A stretch of DNA of 64,000 nucleotides from an uncultured Actinomycetes bacterium (GTDB taxonomy: Bacteria; Actinomycetota; Thermoleophilia; UBA2241): assembly GCA_963725665.1 (NCBI GenBank), contig CAVRZA010000001.1:192001-256000 (forward strand). The letters run 5' to 3'. The number at the start of each line of letters is the position of its first letter. The first letter of the stretch is position 1. The position numbers and the translations under genes are program-made. The notes below the pieces were generated by a model. That model ran no database searches. It was given only the letters and a program-made list of their open reading frames with translations, and was not told the DNA's origin. Positions 10,169 to 21,530 of this stretch are shown one piece after another.

Positions 10169-10766
10169 ATGAGCTCGATCGCGACCACGCAGGGAGAGGC
10201 CGGTCGCAGCCTCGACATCGGCCTGGCCTTCAAGCGGGCCTGGGGATTGTTCGTCAAGGACATCGCCCCGCTGCTCATCGGGGCGCTCATCGCCGGAGTG
10301 CTCAGCATCCTGACAGTCGGCATCCTGGCCGGCCCGCTGTTCGCCGGCCTGTACGGCATGGTGATCGGCCGCGTCAGGGACGGACGGCCGGCGCACGTGG
10401 GCGACGTCTTCGCCGGCCTGGGGCGCTTCTGGTCGTACTTCGCCGCCGCGCTCGTGCTGGTGATCCTCATCGGCCTGGCGTCGCTGACCATCGTCGGCGG
10501 CTTCTTGCTGGCCACCATCTGGATCTACGTGTTCCCGCTCATGGTGGACCGCCGCATGGGCCTGGGCGAGGCCATGAGCACCAGCAAGGACATGGTCATG
10601 AAGTCGGGCTTCTGGGAGCACCTGGCGCTCGTCCTCGATCGGTTTCGTCATCGCCGCCGTGGCCAACGGCGCGCTGGCGATCGTCGCCACGCCGTTCCTG
10701 GTCGTGCTCGTCTCGGCGGCCTACTTCGTGGCCGACGACAACGAGGCGACGCTCGCGAAAGCCTGA
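10169..10766 (+). CDS. Integral membrane protein, frameshift near 10638
   Basis: GAGGAGG RBS; hydrophobic helices continue in another frame (IGFVIAAVANGALAIVATPFLVVLVSAAYF) to TGA 10766. Confidence 0.7.
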
Positions 10767-10789
10767 CACCGACGAGGTGACATCGGATG

Positions 10790-10828
10790 ACGACGCGCGG
10801 GCCGCTAAAGCGGCCCGCGCGTCGTTTC
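10790..10828 (+). terminator. 16-bp GC hairpin, probable intrinsic terminator
   Basis: ACGACGCGCGGGCCGC-TAAA-GCGGCCCGCGCGTCGT followed by TT. Confidence 0.7.
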
Positions 10829-10879
10829 CGCTACCTCATGCTAGGCTGGGCGCGACTCTGGCAAGGCAGGAGGTCCCAC

Positions 10880-11826
<947 letters not shown>

Positions 11827-11830
<4 letters not shown>

Positions 11831-13429
11831 GCGCCTTCGCCGGCATCGGCCCCCTCGTACGGCTTGCCCTGCGCCGCGACCGCATCATGGTGGCCGCGTG
11901 GATCGCGGCCTTCGCGGTGGTCGCGGCGTTCTCGGCCTCGGCCACGGTCGACCTCTACCCGTCGTTGGCTTCGCGGATCGAAGCGGCCTACGCGATCAAC
12001 CGCTCCCAGGCGTTGGTAGCCCTGTACGGACGGGTCTACGACCCGTCCTCCACGGGCGCTCTCGCCATGATCAAGACCGGGGGGCTGGGGGCGGTGTTCG
12101 TCGCGATGCTGACGGTCGTCCTCGTGGTGCGCCACACTCGCGCCGACGAGGAATCGGGGCGGCTCGAGCTCGCCGGCGGCACGGCCATGGGCCGCCGTGC
12201 CCCGCTGGGCGCCGCCCTCGTCGCCGCCGTGATCACGAACCTCGTGCTGGCTGTGGTAACCGCGGGCGCTCTGGCTGCCACCGGGCTCCCCGTCGACGGC
12301 TCGCTTGCGTTCGGCCTCGCCTGGGCCGGCGTGGGGCTCGCGTTCGCCGCGATCGCTGCCGTCGCCGCCCAGGTGACCACCAGCGCACGGACCGCCACCG
12401 CGCTCTCGGCCGCGATCCTGGCCATCGTGTACGTTCTGCGCGCCGGGGGCGACACCGCGAGCGAGGGCGGCCCCCGCTGGCTGAGCTGGCTGTCGCCGAT
12501 CGGCTGGGCCCAGCAGTTCCGGCCCTACGCGGGGAACCGCTGGTGGGTGCTGCTCATCACCCTCGGCTTCGCCGTCGCGGTCGCGGGCATCGCGTTCGCA
12601 CTGGCGGCGCGGCGCGACCTCGGCGCCGGCCTGCTGGCCACGCGAAGCGGACCGGCGAGCGCGAGCGGGCTGCTGCGCAGCCCGCTCGCGCTCGCCTGGC
12701 GGCTCCACCGCGGCGCACTCCTCGGCTGGGCCGTCGCCTTCGGTCTGGTCGGCGTGCTGCTCGGCGGCCTGGCGTCGAACGTGGGGGAGTTCCTCAACAA
12801 CCCCAACGCGCGCGACTTCATCACGAAGCTCGGCGGCGAGAAGGCACTCAGCGACGCCTTCCTGGCGGTGGAGCTCGGCTTCGCCGGCGTGATCGCGTCG
12901 GCCTACGGCATCCAGGTCGTGATGCGCTTGCGGTCCGAGGAGACGGGCCTACATGCCGAGCCCGTGCTCGCCACGGCTGTCGGCCGCGTCCGCTGGGCGC
13001 TGAGCCACATCCTCGTCGCGATCGTCGGCACCACGCTGCTGCTGGCGCTCGTCGGCACCGGTGCCGGCCTCGCCCGCGGCGCCCAGGCGGGCGACATGAG
13101 CCAAGCCGGTCCCGTGTTCACGGCGGCCCTCGTGCAGCTACCCGCGGTGTGGGTCCTCGCAGCCATCGTCGTGGCCGCCTTCGGTCTGGCTCCCCGGTTG
13201 ATCGCGGTCGGCTGGGTGGCGCTGGCCGGCTTCGTCGTGCTCGGTGAGCTGGGACCCTTGCTGGACCTCGACCAGTGGGTCCTGGACCTCTCTCCCTTCG
13301 CCCACGTGCCCAAGCTCCCCGGCGGGACGTTCAGCGCCACGCCGATTGCTCGCGCTGACCGCGGTCGCCGCGCTGCTCGGAGCCGCCGGTCTCGCCGGGC
13401 TCCGCCGCCGCGACATCGCAAGCTCCTAG
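11827..13429 (+). CDS. ABC-2 exporter permease (polyketide antibiotic exporter type), frameshift near 13346
   Basis: [32 protein letters not shown]; last helix [11 protein letters not shown]...RRRDIASS lies in another frame. Confidence 0.88.
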
Positions 13430-13465
13430 GGTCTGGACGGCGTCAAGAGGTCTGACTCAGAACAG

Positions 13466-14257
13466 CTAGAGTGGCAAACGCGCCGCTGCCGGATGCAGCA
13501 GGCTTTGGACCTGCGGCGCGTAGAGACGCTCGACCGCGGTCCTGCGCATGCCCAGGGCCCGCAGCTCCTCGGCGATCGGGTGGTCTCCCAGGTCGCAGGA
13601 CGCGCCTCCTCTGAAGCGGGCGATGCTCAGCTCGCCCTCTGCCTGGATCCGTGTGCGCAGAAGCTGACCGTCCTTGACCGTGTAGCTGAACAGGTCCAAG
13701 GATCTCGCTCTGGTCGCCGACTTGGCGACTTCCAGGGTGGCGATGGCCTTGCCGTCGGCCCGGAGCCGGCAGCGGCGTGCCCGGCCTGTCTCCTCGAAGC
13801 TGATCTCGGCGACGAACTTGGGATATCCCCAGATCTCGACCCCGAAGACATAGGCCTCCTGCGTCGTCACGGGCAGATGATGGACGTAGAGACCGAAGCG
13901 CTCGAACCTGTCCGGGGCAAGCAGGGGCAGCGCTGGGATGTTGCGAGCGGGTTCGTAGAGAACCGGCACCATGATCCCGAACTCGTTGTAGGGCTCCACA
14001 TCCGCGATGCGGCGGTACTCCATGGCCGCCATCGATACGATGCCTGTTCCCGGTACGAGCTCGGCTGGCTTGAGCCTGTCGCTGGGCAGCAGCTTGCGGA
14101 GCGCCGCGGCAGGTGCGGGGAAGTGGGCCATCATCGCAGACCACTCGTAGTAGCGGACAGGAAGCCCGATACGAGCTCCAGTGGAGAGCTCCATCTCTTC
14201 GACCCTCACACCGGCAAAGTCCTCGAGTGTGGCGAGGCCGGCAGCAGCGATGCTCAT
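13466..14257 (-). CDS. Acetoacetate decarboxylase-like superfamily protein
   Basis: EPYNEFGI, HLPVT, GVEIWGYPK (Schiff-base Lys). Confidence 0.85.
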   Translation of the reverse strand: MSIAAAGLATLEDFAGVRVEEMELSTGARIGLPVRYYEWSAMMAHFPAPAAALRKLLPSDRLKPAELVPGTGIVSMAAMEYRRIADVEPYNEFGIMVPVLYEPARNIPALPLLAPDRFERFGLYVHHLPVTTQEAYVFGVEIWGYPKFVAEISFEETGRARRCRLRADGKAIATLEVAKSATRARSLDLFSYTVKDGQLLRTRIQAEGELSIARFRGGASCDLGDHPIAEELRALGMRRTAVERLYAPQVQSLLHPAAARLPL

Positions 14258-14434
14258 GGCCCTCCCTCCGTGACGCTTCCAGGAAGCCGTCAGCGTGTCC
14301 GCCGGCTTCCGCGGTTATACGCACCTCCAACTGTACAGCGACACTGACGGCTTTCCACTTCTGGCCCCGTCTCGAGCCGGTGTAGCATGCCTCACCGACG
14401 GCAGCCGCCGGCCACGCAGGGTCGAGGAGGTCAC

Positions 14435-15229
14435 ATGGCACCCACCAACGAGACCATCGCGCTCATGGGCAAGCGCTGTTCCACGCGCTCGTATGCGCCG
14501 ACGCCGATCAGCGACGACGAGAAGCGCACGATTCTGCACACGGCGATGCGCGCCCCCACGGCCGGCAACCTGATGCTGTACTCGATCATCGAGATCGACG
14601 ACCAAGCGCTCAGGGACCGCTTGGCCGAGACGTGCGACCACCAGCCGTTCATCGCCAGGGCGCCCTGGCTGCTGCTCTTCGCCGCCGACGCGCAGAAGTG
14701 GATGGACCTGTTCGGCGTCGCCGGTGTGGAGCGCCTCGAGGGCGTGCGTCGGGAGGTCACTCCGGGTCTCGGCTGGCTCATCCTCGCCTGCTGTGACGCG
14801 CTGATCGCGGCGCAAAACGCGGTCATCGCGGCCGAGTCGCTCGGCATCGGCTCGTGCTACATCGGCGATATCCTGGAGCTGGGCGAGACGCACGCCGAGC
14901 TGCTGGACCTGCCGCGGTACACGTTCCCCGTCACGATGCTGTGCTTCGGCAGGCCGAAGGGCCGGCGACACGTCGTCGAGCGCTACGAGAAGCACATGGT
15001 CCACAGGAACGCGTACCGTCGCTTGAACGCCGCCGAGCTGCGCGAGGTCTCGGACGACCTCGACCGGCTCTACGGCGCGCACGGCTTTGGTGGCTTTGAG
15101 AACTACGCCCAGGAGGCCTACGCGGGCAAGGTTGCAGCTGACTTCGCCCTTGAGGCCGACCGCTCGGTGGCCTGGTGGCTCGAGCGTTGGATGGGAGGGC
15201 GCAGCGCCATTCGCCCCGAGCGGTCCTAG
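14435..15229 (+). CDS. Nitroreductase family protein (NfrA-like)
   Basis: RCSTRSY, APTAGN, DALIAAQN, SLGIGSCYIG. Confidence 0.92.
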   Translation: MAPTNETIALMGKRCSTRSYAPTPISDDEKRTILHTAMRAPTAGNLMLYSIIEIDDQALRDRLAETCDHQPFIARAPWLLLFAADAQKWMDLFGVAGVERLEGVRREVTPGLGWLILACCDALIAAQNAVIAAESLGIGSCYIGDILELGETHAELLDLPRYTFPVTMLCFGRPKGRRHVVERYEKHMVHRNAYRRLNAAELREVSDDLDRLYGAHGFGGFENYAQEAYAGKVAADFALEADRSVAWWLERWMGGRSAIRPERS

Positions 15230-15639
15230 GCGCGCCCGATAGCGAGGGGCACCCCGGTGAGCCCTAGGTGGTAATCGGTCGACCAGATCGTCCGTACATG
15301 ATGCGCTGTGCTGACGTAGAGGCCAACGGCGTCGGTCATGGTGAGGTCCCGGTCTGAGAAGCGCCGCAGCAGGCGGACGCCTGCGGCCTGCTCCTCGGGG
15401 CCGACGGCGAGCACTTGCAGCGGTGTCATGGCCTCGATCATTGCCAGGAACTGCAACGCCCGGGTCCGGTCGTAGCGTCGGAGGAACCAGCCGTGACCCT
15501 CAGCGACCACGAGGGTCGTCGTGAGCAGAACGGGCGGCTGGCCGAACAACCGCCGAAAGAGCGGATGATACGAATCCGAGCCGTCGGTGAACGCGATCAG
15601 CGCCGAGGTGTCGACGTAGGCGTCAGCCCTTGTGGCCAT
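15226..15639 (-). CDS. VapC-like PIN domain toxin
   Basis: YVDTSALIA, VVAE, LTMTDA, STDYHL acidic PIN residues. Confidence 0.88.
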   Translation of the reverse strand: MATRADAYVDTSALIAFTDGSDSYHPLFRRLFGQPPVLLTTTLVVAEGHGWFLRRYDRTRALQFLAMIEAMTPLQVLAVGPEEQAAGVRLLRRFSDRDLTMTDAVGLYVSTAHHVRTIWSTDYHLGLTGVPLAIGRA

Positions 15640-15847
15640 ACACCACGTCGTCGATGCCGTGACTCGAGGCCGTGTCGCCGCTCTCGACCATGCCGGCGTA
15701 GTGCATCCACGGCTGCGAGCCGTCGGCGGGCAGCGCGGTGCGCAGAGCTCGCCTCATGAACTCCGCGAGGGAGATGCCGAGGCGCGCCGCCTCAGCCTTC
15801 GCGGCGTCGTAGTCGTTTCTAGAGAGGCTGATCTGGGTGCGAATCAT
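15623..15847 (-). CDS. CopG/RHH-type antitoxin
   Basis: MIRTQISLS...AARLGISLAEFMRRAL...IDDVVYG; overlaps toxin start. Confidence 0.85.
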   Translation of the reverse strand: MIRTQISLSRNDYDAAKAEAARLGISLAEFMRRALRTALPADGSQPWMHYAGMVESGDTASSHGIDDVVYGHKG

Positions 15848-15875
15848 GATAACAGTGTACGGGAATCTGTTATCA
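15847..15875. promoter_or_regulatory. TA operator inverted repeat TGATAACAG-N11-CTGTTATCA over a leaderless promoter
   Basis: Perfect 9-bp IR flanking minus-strand -10 TACACT, 6 nt before the antitoxin ATG. Confidence 0.7.
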
Positions 15876-16038
15876 GTGCAACGTTTCTCAGTCATGACGT
15901 GATGGTAGGCGGGTCTGATGCGGCGGCCAAGACGCCCGCAGGCCGAGCAGGGGTCACAAATGTCGGGCGGCTCGTAGCGGCGCCATCGTTGAGGCCTGGT
16001 GGCGCTTACAGGAGAGTGGCGCCGACTGTGGTCGCGGT

Positions 16039-18291
16039 CTAGGTTCCCTCCACGTTCGACAGCACGCGCTCGAAGCGCGCCAGCGCGTCGTCTATGACCT
16101 CGTCGGTGTCGGCCATGGAGGTGTACATCCGCGAGCCGGCAAGGGTGATGATGCCGCTCGCCGTGTAGGCCGCGCCCATCTCCTCCAGCATGTGCTTGCG
16201 CGTGCTGAGCTCCTTGAGCAGTCGCACCGGATGGTGCAGGTCGAGGAGCATGACGCCCGAGGTCTCGAGGTGCACGATCGAGCCTTGGTTGTAGGCGACG
16301 TAGGGCAGGCCGAGGCGGTCGATGATCGCCTGAAGACCCTTGGTCAGGCGGTCGCCGGCGCGGCCGGCTATGACCGGTGCATTGGTGCGTTCCATCTCCA
16401 GCAACGCGAAGTAGCCGGCCGCGCACGAGAGAGGGTTCGCCGACAGCGTCCCACCGATGTAGGCGCGCTCGCCGCTCTTGCCGCCGATGCCCGAGGCGAA
16501 GGTCATCATCACGTCGGTGCGACCTCCTACACCGCCGGCCATCGGGTAGCCGCCGCTGATGCACTTGCCGAACACGGTGAGGTCGGGCTTGACGCCGAAG
16601 TAGCCCTGAGCGCCGCCGAGCCCCAGTCTGAAACCGGTGACGACCTCGTCGAAGACGAGCAGCGCGCCGAACTCGTCGCAGAGCTCGCGCACGCGCGCGT
16701 TGCAGTCGAAGGGCACCGGCCGCGTGCCGCTCTCGGGACCGACCGGCTCGACGATGACTGCGGCGGTGCCGCCCAGCATCCGGTTCTCGATGAGCTTGCG
16801 GCGCAGCGCCTTGAGGTCGTTGGGGTAGACCTCGCGGGTACGCAAGGTCGCGCCCAGCGGGATGCCTTTGGCCTCGAAGCGCCACGTGCCCGGGACGTGC
16901 AGCCCGTAGACCATCTGGTCGCTCCAGCCGTGGTAGGCGCCGCCCATCTTGATGACGTACTTCCTCTTCGTGAACGTGCGCGCCGCGCGGATGGCGGCCA
17001 TCGCGGCCTCGGTGCCCGAGCCCAGCATACGGAACATCTCGATCGAGGGCATGAAACGGCCGACCAGCTCGGCGAGCTTGAGCTCGTACTCGTGGAACAG
17101 GCCGGTCACCGGCCCGCACTGCTGGAGGAGCTCGATGACCCGGTCTCGCACGGGCGCGTAGTTGCTGCCCAGCACGGTCGCTCCGCCGGCTTGCAGGAAG
17201 TCGATGTAGCGGTTGCCGTCGACGTCCCAGAGGAAGGCGCCGTCGGCCCTTTCGACGGCGAGCGGGAACGGGTGGTTGAAGGCGAGGTTGTGCTGCACCC
17301 CCCCAGGGATGAGCTCCCTCGCCTCGTCTGTGAGCTGCTTGCTGCGCGCACACTTCGTCTCGAAGTAGTCGAGGTACTCCTCCATGGCCGCCGGCCGTAT
17401 GCGGCGCAGCGGCCGGCTCACCAGCGCGTCCAGCTTGGCGTAGACCGCGTCGACATCGAGGTACTCGCTGATCGCATACTGCCGGGTGGTGGGCGCGTCC
17501 TGCGGAGGCTGGTCGGCGACAGCGGCGGCGGGCGCGCTCCGCGCGCCCGCCGCCGCCTCATCGGCCGGCGGCTTCGCATGGGCGACCTCGCCTGCCGCTG
17601 CGGCCTCGGCCGCCTCTTCGACCTGCGTCGCGAGCTTGCGCTCGTCGGCGCGTAGCATGCTGAAGACGATCTCGCGGATGGGCAGCGGGATCACTTCGGT
17701 CTTCTGTCCGGCCATGAGCGTGAGGAGGTAGTCGAGCGCCACCTTCTCGAGCAACGCCATGTTGCGCACCGCATGCTCGGCGTCGGTGCCGAGCACGAGC
17801 ACCCCGTGGCTGCCCAGCAGAAAGGCGTTGTCGCCGCCACGGATCGCGCGCTTGACCCTGTTCTTGAGGAACGACGTCCCCGACGGCGCGTACGGCACGA
17901 TGCGCACGCCGCGGCCAAGGTAGCGGACCTGCTCGTCGAAGAGCGCCGGGATGGGCTTGCCCATGAGTCCCAGGGCGCTCGCGTAGGGCTGGTGGGTGTG
18001 GATGATGGCGTTCACGTCGGCCCGCTGCTCGTACACGGCCGCGTGCATGCCGGCCTCGATAGAGGCCTTCTTGGTGCCCAGCAGCTGATGCAGCCGGTAA
18101 TCGAGGACGCAGATGTCGTCGGGCTGCATCTTGTCGTAGTCGTAGCTGCTCGGCGTTATGGCGAGCAGCTCGCGGCCGAGCACGCGCGCGGAGACGTTAC
18201 CTTCGGTCGCCTTGAGGTAGCCGCGCTCGAGCAGGGTCCGGCACATCGAAACGACGAGTTCCCGTGTGTTGTCGAACTGGCCCATGACCAT
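16039..18291 (-). CDS. Fusion: class II aldolase/adducin domain + class III (GSA-aminomutase-like) aminotransferase
   Basis: N-term EGNVS, ITPS, IIHTHQ, GSHG; Ala/Pro linker; C-term DVDGNRYID, SGTEA, FDEVVTGFR, FGK. Confidence 0.9.
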   Translation of the reverse strand: MVMGQFDNTRELVVSMCRTLLERGYLKATEGNVSARVLGRELLAITPSSYDYDKMQPDDICVLDYRLHQLLGTKKASIEAGMHAAVYEQRADVNAIIHTHQPYASALGLMGKPIPALFDEQVRYLGRGVRIVPYAPSGTSFLKNRVKRAIRGGDNAFLLGSHGVLVLGTDAEHAVRNMALLEKVALDYLLTLMAGQKTEVIPLPIREIVFSMLRADERKLATQVEEAAEAAAAGEVAHAKPPADEAAAGARSAPAAAVADQPPQDAPTTRQYAISEYLDVDAVYAKLDALVSRPLRRIRPAAMEEYLDYFETKCARSKQLTDEARELIPGGVQHNLAFNHPFPLAVERADGAFLWDVDGNRYIDFLQAGGATVLGSNYAPVRDRVIELLQQCGPVTGLFHEYELKLAELVGRFMPSIEMFRMLGSGTEAAMAAIRAARTFTKRKYVIKMGGAYHGWSDQMVYGLHVPGTWRFEAKGIPLGATLRTREVYPNDLKALRRKLIENRMLGGTAAVIVEPVGPESGTRPVPFDCNARVRELCDEFGALLVFDEVVTGFRLGLGGAQGYFGVKPDLTVFGKCISGGYPMAGGVGGRTDVMMTFASGIGGKSGERAYIGGTLSANPLSCAAGYFALLEMERTNAPVIAGRAGDRLTKGLQAIIDRLGLPYVAYNQGSIVHLETSGVMLLDLHHPVRLLKELSTRKHMLEEMGAAYTASGIITLAGSRMYTSMADTDEVIDDALARFERVLSNVEGT

Positions 18292-18342
18292 CGATTCTAT
18301 CTTCGTCGCAAGGCGTTTGCCGTCAGGGGTGCACCCAACTGC

Positions 18343-18600
18343 TCAGCTGCTGACCCGAGCCCAGAGCTGTCCCCACGTGGTGTTGAAGGTGTCGCCGTGG
18401 GAGAGGTCCCCGGTCTCGTAGCCGAGCTTGAACCAGCGCATCCGCTGCTGCGAGGTACCGTGCGTGAAGGAGTCGGGCACCACGTAGCCTTGCGCCTCCA
18501 TCTGCAGGCGGTCATCGCCGATGGCGTTGGCCGCTCGTAGAGCCTCCTCCACGTCGCCGGGCTCAACGAACCGCGATGCCCGCGCCACTGCATCGCTCAT
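18343..18600 (-). pseudogene. C-terminal remnant of a YpfJ-type neutral zinc metallopeptidase
   Basis: [21 protein letters not shown]...[19 protein letters not shown]; HEXXH-bearing N-terminal part absent. Confidence 0.75.
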
Positions 18601-18765
18601 CCCTTCGCTACGGCCTCTCGAATGTCGGTCCCGGATTCTAGCCAGGGCACAGCGGCGGGGGTACCGTGGCTCTTCCGGCCCCGACGGGCGTAAGCTGGCC
18701 CGGTTCGGGAAAGCGTGGGGTGGACGGCGTGTGATCGGCACAGCGGCGATCGGCAGTGTGGCGCG

Positions 18766-19419
18766 GTGAGCTTCGAGGCGGTGATCTTCGATCTCGACGG
18801 CACGCTGGCGGACACCCTCGAGGACATCGCCGACGCGATGAACCGTGTGCTGCGCCGCGAGCGGCGTGTGGGGCACGATTACGCCGCCTACAGGTACCTG
18901 GTCGGCAAGGGGATGCGCAATCTGGTGACCCAGGCGCTGCCCGCGGACGACCGGACCGACGAGACGATCGAACGCTGCCTGGTCGAACTGCTCGCCGACT
19001 ACTCCGAGCACGTCCTCGACAAGACGCGTCTCTACGACGGCGTCGCGGAGCTGCTGGCCGGCCTGCGCGGCGCCGGCGTCAGACTGGCCGTCCTCTCCAA
19101 CAAGGTCGACGGGCTCACCCGGCGCATCGTCGCTGGCCTGACCGAGCCCGGCACCTTCGCTGTCGTCGTGGGCGCTCAGCCCGATCTGCCGCTGAAGCCA
19201 GATCCAACCGCGGCCCTGCTGGTGAGCGCCAACCTGGGCACGCCGCCGGAGGCCATCGCCTACGTTGGGGACTCGGGCGTCGACATGCGCACCGCCACGG
19301 CGGCGGGCATGCTGCCCGTGGGCGCGTCGTGGGGCTTCCGCACCAAGGACGAGCTGGTCGAGAACGGCGCGCGCGCCGTTCTCGACCAGCCTCTGGAACT
19401 GCTCACCCTCAGGCTGTGA
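18766..19419 (+). CDS. HAD family hydrolase (phosphoglycolate phosphatase-like)
   Basis: [25 protein letters not shown]. Confidence 0.92.
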   Translation: MSFEAVIFDLDGTLADTLEDIADAMNRVLRRERRVGHDYAAYRYLVGKGMRNLVTQALPADDRTDETIERCLVELLADYSEHVLDKTRLYDGVAELLAGLRGAGVRLAVLSNKVDGLTRRIVAGLTEPGTFAVVVGAQPDLPLKPDPTAALLVSANLGTPPEAIAYVGDSGVDMRTATAAGMLPVGASWGFRTKDELVENGARAVLDQPLELLTLRL

Positions 19420-19434
19420 GGCCTGTGCCGGTGG

Positions 19435-19698
19435 TTACTCTGCGAACGCCTCGTCGGCGTAGCAGAAGCGCCAGTCCTCGTCGGGCTGGAACGAGCGGAT
19501 AACGGGGTGTCCGGTCGCGCGCGCGTGCTTGGTCGCGTGCTTGCCGATCGACTGGTCGCAACAGCCGACGTGGCCGCAGGTCAGGCACTTGCGCAGGTGG
19601 AACCACGCTTGCCCCATGGCCAGACACTCCTCGCACCCGGTCGTCGCCGCCTCGGGCTCGGGCACGGGTACGGAGCGCATGTGCTCGCACTCGCTCAT
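19435..19698 (-). CDS. UBP-type zinc finger protein
   Basis: CEEC..W.HLRKCLTCGHVGCCD....HATKH. Confidence 0.92.
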   Translation of the reverse strand: MSECEHMRSVPVPEPEAATTGCEECLAMGQAWFHLRKCLTCGHVGCCDQSIGKHATKHARATGHPVIRSFQPDEDWRFCYADEAFAE

Positions 19699-20657
19699 GT
19701 TCGCTCCTCTCCGCTCCGTCTGGTCACCTGTTCATCGCCGCGCGGGGCAGGTGCGGGCAGCTCGTACTCGTGCGCCGGCGCGTCCCAGCCCCCGAGGTCG
19801 AGGGCCAGGGCGTAGACGCTGTTGAGGAAGTCCAGGAGGGTGCGGCGCGGATCTGGGCTCTCGCGCACCGCGTCGTATGGCAGCAGCCACATGCCCATCT
19901 CCTCGACCCACCCTGCGCGGGCGGGCTCAATGGGCGCCGTCTCGCAGCCCGCAGGACGCGGGACCAGGTAGCCATAGAGGGCGGGCTGTGGCGCGTTGTC
20001 GTCGCCCGGCCAGAAGCCGGCGTTGAGGTGCTCCGCGTCGAGGTCGTAGCGCATGATGTAACCGCGGTCTTGCGGCGGTTCCACCTTGCGGCCGTTGAAC
20101 AGCAGCACGGTGAGGTCGAACGAGCCCCACCAGAACTGCACGCCGCTGCGTCCGAAGAACGGTGCGCGGAACTCCTCGAGCACGCCCTGGACGGAGGCGA
20201 GCACGCTGAGGAACCGATGCGCTTGCGCGGTGTCGAAGGCGCAGTCGTGACGGTTGCGCGAGAAGTGAGTCGTGTCGGCAGACTCCTGCGGCTTCTCCCA
20301 GATGTCGAGGGCGAGGCCGAGGTCGCTGAGCGCTTGCCCCAGGTCGTCCCAGACATCGGCCACGCAGCGGCCGTCATGCAACGGAACGCTTCGCTCCCGT
20401 CCGTCGCTGACGCGCACGCGCAGGGCAGCGTCGTGGACGTCGATGGCCATATCGACGAGCCCGTCATGCCAGGGCATGGCGCCCGTGGTGAGACCTCGGG
20501 CGTCGACGCGGAGGCTCGCGTTCAGCCATTCAGGCTGCGACGGCGCCAGCGCAAGCCGCGCCTTGCCCAGCATCTGCGCGTACATGTGCAGCGTCTTCTT
20601 GGTGGCCGCCCACTCCGGGTAGGGAAGTGCCGGCCACGCGGTGGTGTCAGTGCCCAT
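19695..20657 (-). CDS. DUF5996 family protein
   Basis: WPALPY.EW..T..TLH..QMLGK, FWWGSFDL, AGFWPG. Confidence 0.82.
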   Translation of the reverse strand: MGTDTTAWPALPYPEWAATKKTLHMYAQMLGKARLALAPSQPEWLNASLRVDARGLTTGAMPWHDGLVDMAIDVHDAALRVRVSDGRERSVPLHDGRCVADVWDDLGQALSDLGLALDIWEKPQESADTTHFSRNRHDCAFDTAQAHRFLSVLASVQGVLEEFRAPFFGRSGVQFWWGSFDLTVLLFNGRKVEPPQDRGYIMRYDLDAEHLNAGFWPGDDNAPQPALYGYLVPRPAGCETAPIEPARAGWVEEMGMWLLPYDAVRESPDPRRTLLDFLNSVYALALDLGGWDAPAHEYELPAPAPRGDEQVTRRSGEERT

Positions 20658-20676
20658 GATCGTCCTTCCAGCTGCT

Positions 20677-21486
20677 TCAGGCGAGCGCGCCGGCCTCGCG
20701 CAGCAGTCCGAGGAACGCCGGCATGAGGGCGGGGTGCGCGGCGACCACCGCGGGACCCCGCCCGTGCGCCGGCTGCGGAAACGCGACCTCAGCGCCGGCC
20801 TCGCGCGCGATGACGCCGCCGGCCGCGTAGTCCCACGGCGAGAGGTCGAGCTCCCAGTAGGCGTCGAGATGACCGGCGGCGATGTGGCAGAGATCGAGCG
20901 CGGCCGACCCGCCGCGACGCATGTCGCGCACGCGGCCGAGGACCGTCGCCGTGGCGAGGCCCTGCAGCTCGCGCTGCGACGCGTCGTAGGAGAAGCCGGT
21001 GGCGACCAGAGCCTGCGAGAGGTCGGTCTGTTCTCGCGCCCTGATCGGCCGACCGTCGCAGCGCGCGCCGAGACCGCTGATCGCCTGGTAGAGGTGTCCC
21101 GCGCTCGAGTCGTAGACGACGCCGACGCGCGGCTGCCCGTCGATCTCGACGCCGATCGACACGGCGAAGGCCGGGTAGCCGTACACGTAGTTGGTGGTGC
21201 CGTCCAGTGGGTCGATGACCCAACGCACACCGGTCGAGCTCTCGCTCCGCGAGCCCTCCTCGGCAAAGACGGCATCGCCTGGTCGCAGATCGGCCAGCCG
21301 CCCCACGATCAGGCGTTCCGCCTCGTGGTCGATGTGGCTGACCATGTCGGTGGGCGACGACTTCGTCTCGACGCGGAGGGTGGACTCCAGGCCCTCCGTA
21401 TGGAGCCGCCCCGCGTCCTCGGCCAGGTCGGTCGCCAGCGCGAGCAGCTCACCAAGTTCAGGCGGCGCGTCGCCCCAGCGAGCCAT
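20677..21486 (-). CDS. Inositol monophosphatase family protein
   Basis: WVIDPLDGTTNY, GSAALD, WDYAAG. Confidence 0.93.
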   Translation of the reverse strand: MARWGDAPPELGELLALATDLAEDAGRLHTEGLESTLRVETKSSPTDMVSHIDHEAERLIVGRLADLRPGDAVFAEEGSRSESSTGVRWVIDPLDGTTNYVYGYPAFAVSIGVEIDGQPRVGVVYDSSAGHLYQAISGLGARCDGRPIRAREQTDLSQALVATGFSYDASQRELQGLATATVLGRVRDMRRGGSAALDLCHIAAGHLDAYWELDLSPWDYAAGGVIAREAGAEVAFPQPAHGRGPAVVAAHPALMPAFLGLLREAGALA

Positions 21487-21530
21487 GCTCTCGTTGCGAG
21501 CGGCCCGCCGATCGCCGCCTTCTCGTTCTA

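Noticed and set aside
16039-17450. Calling the aminotransferase hemL
   Set aside because: Fused to an aldolase, no heme biosynthesis neighbours, and divergent motifs (YHGWSD)
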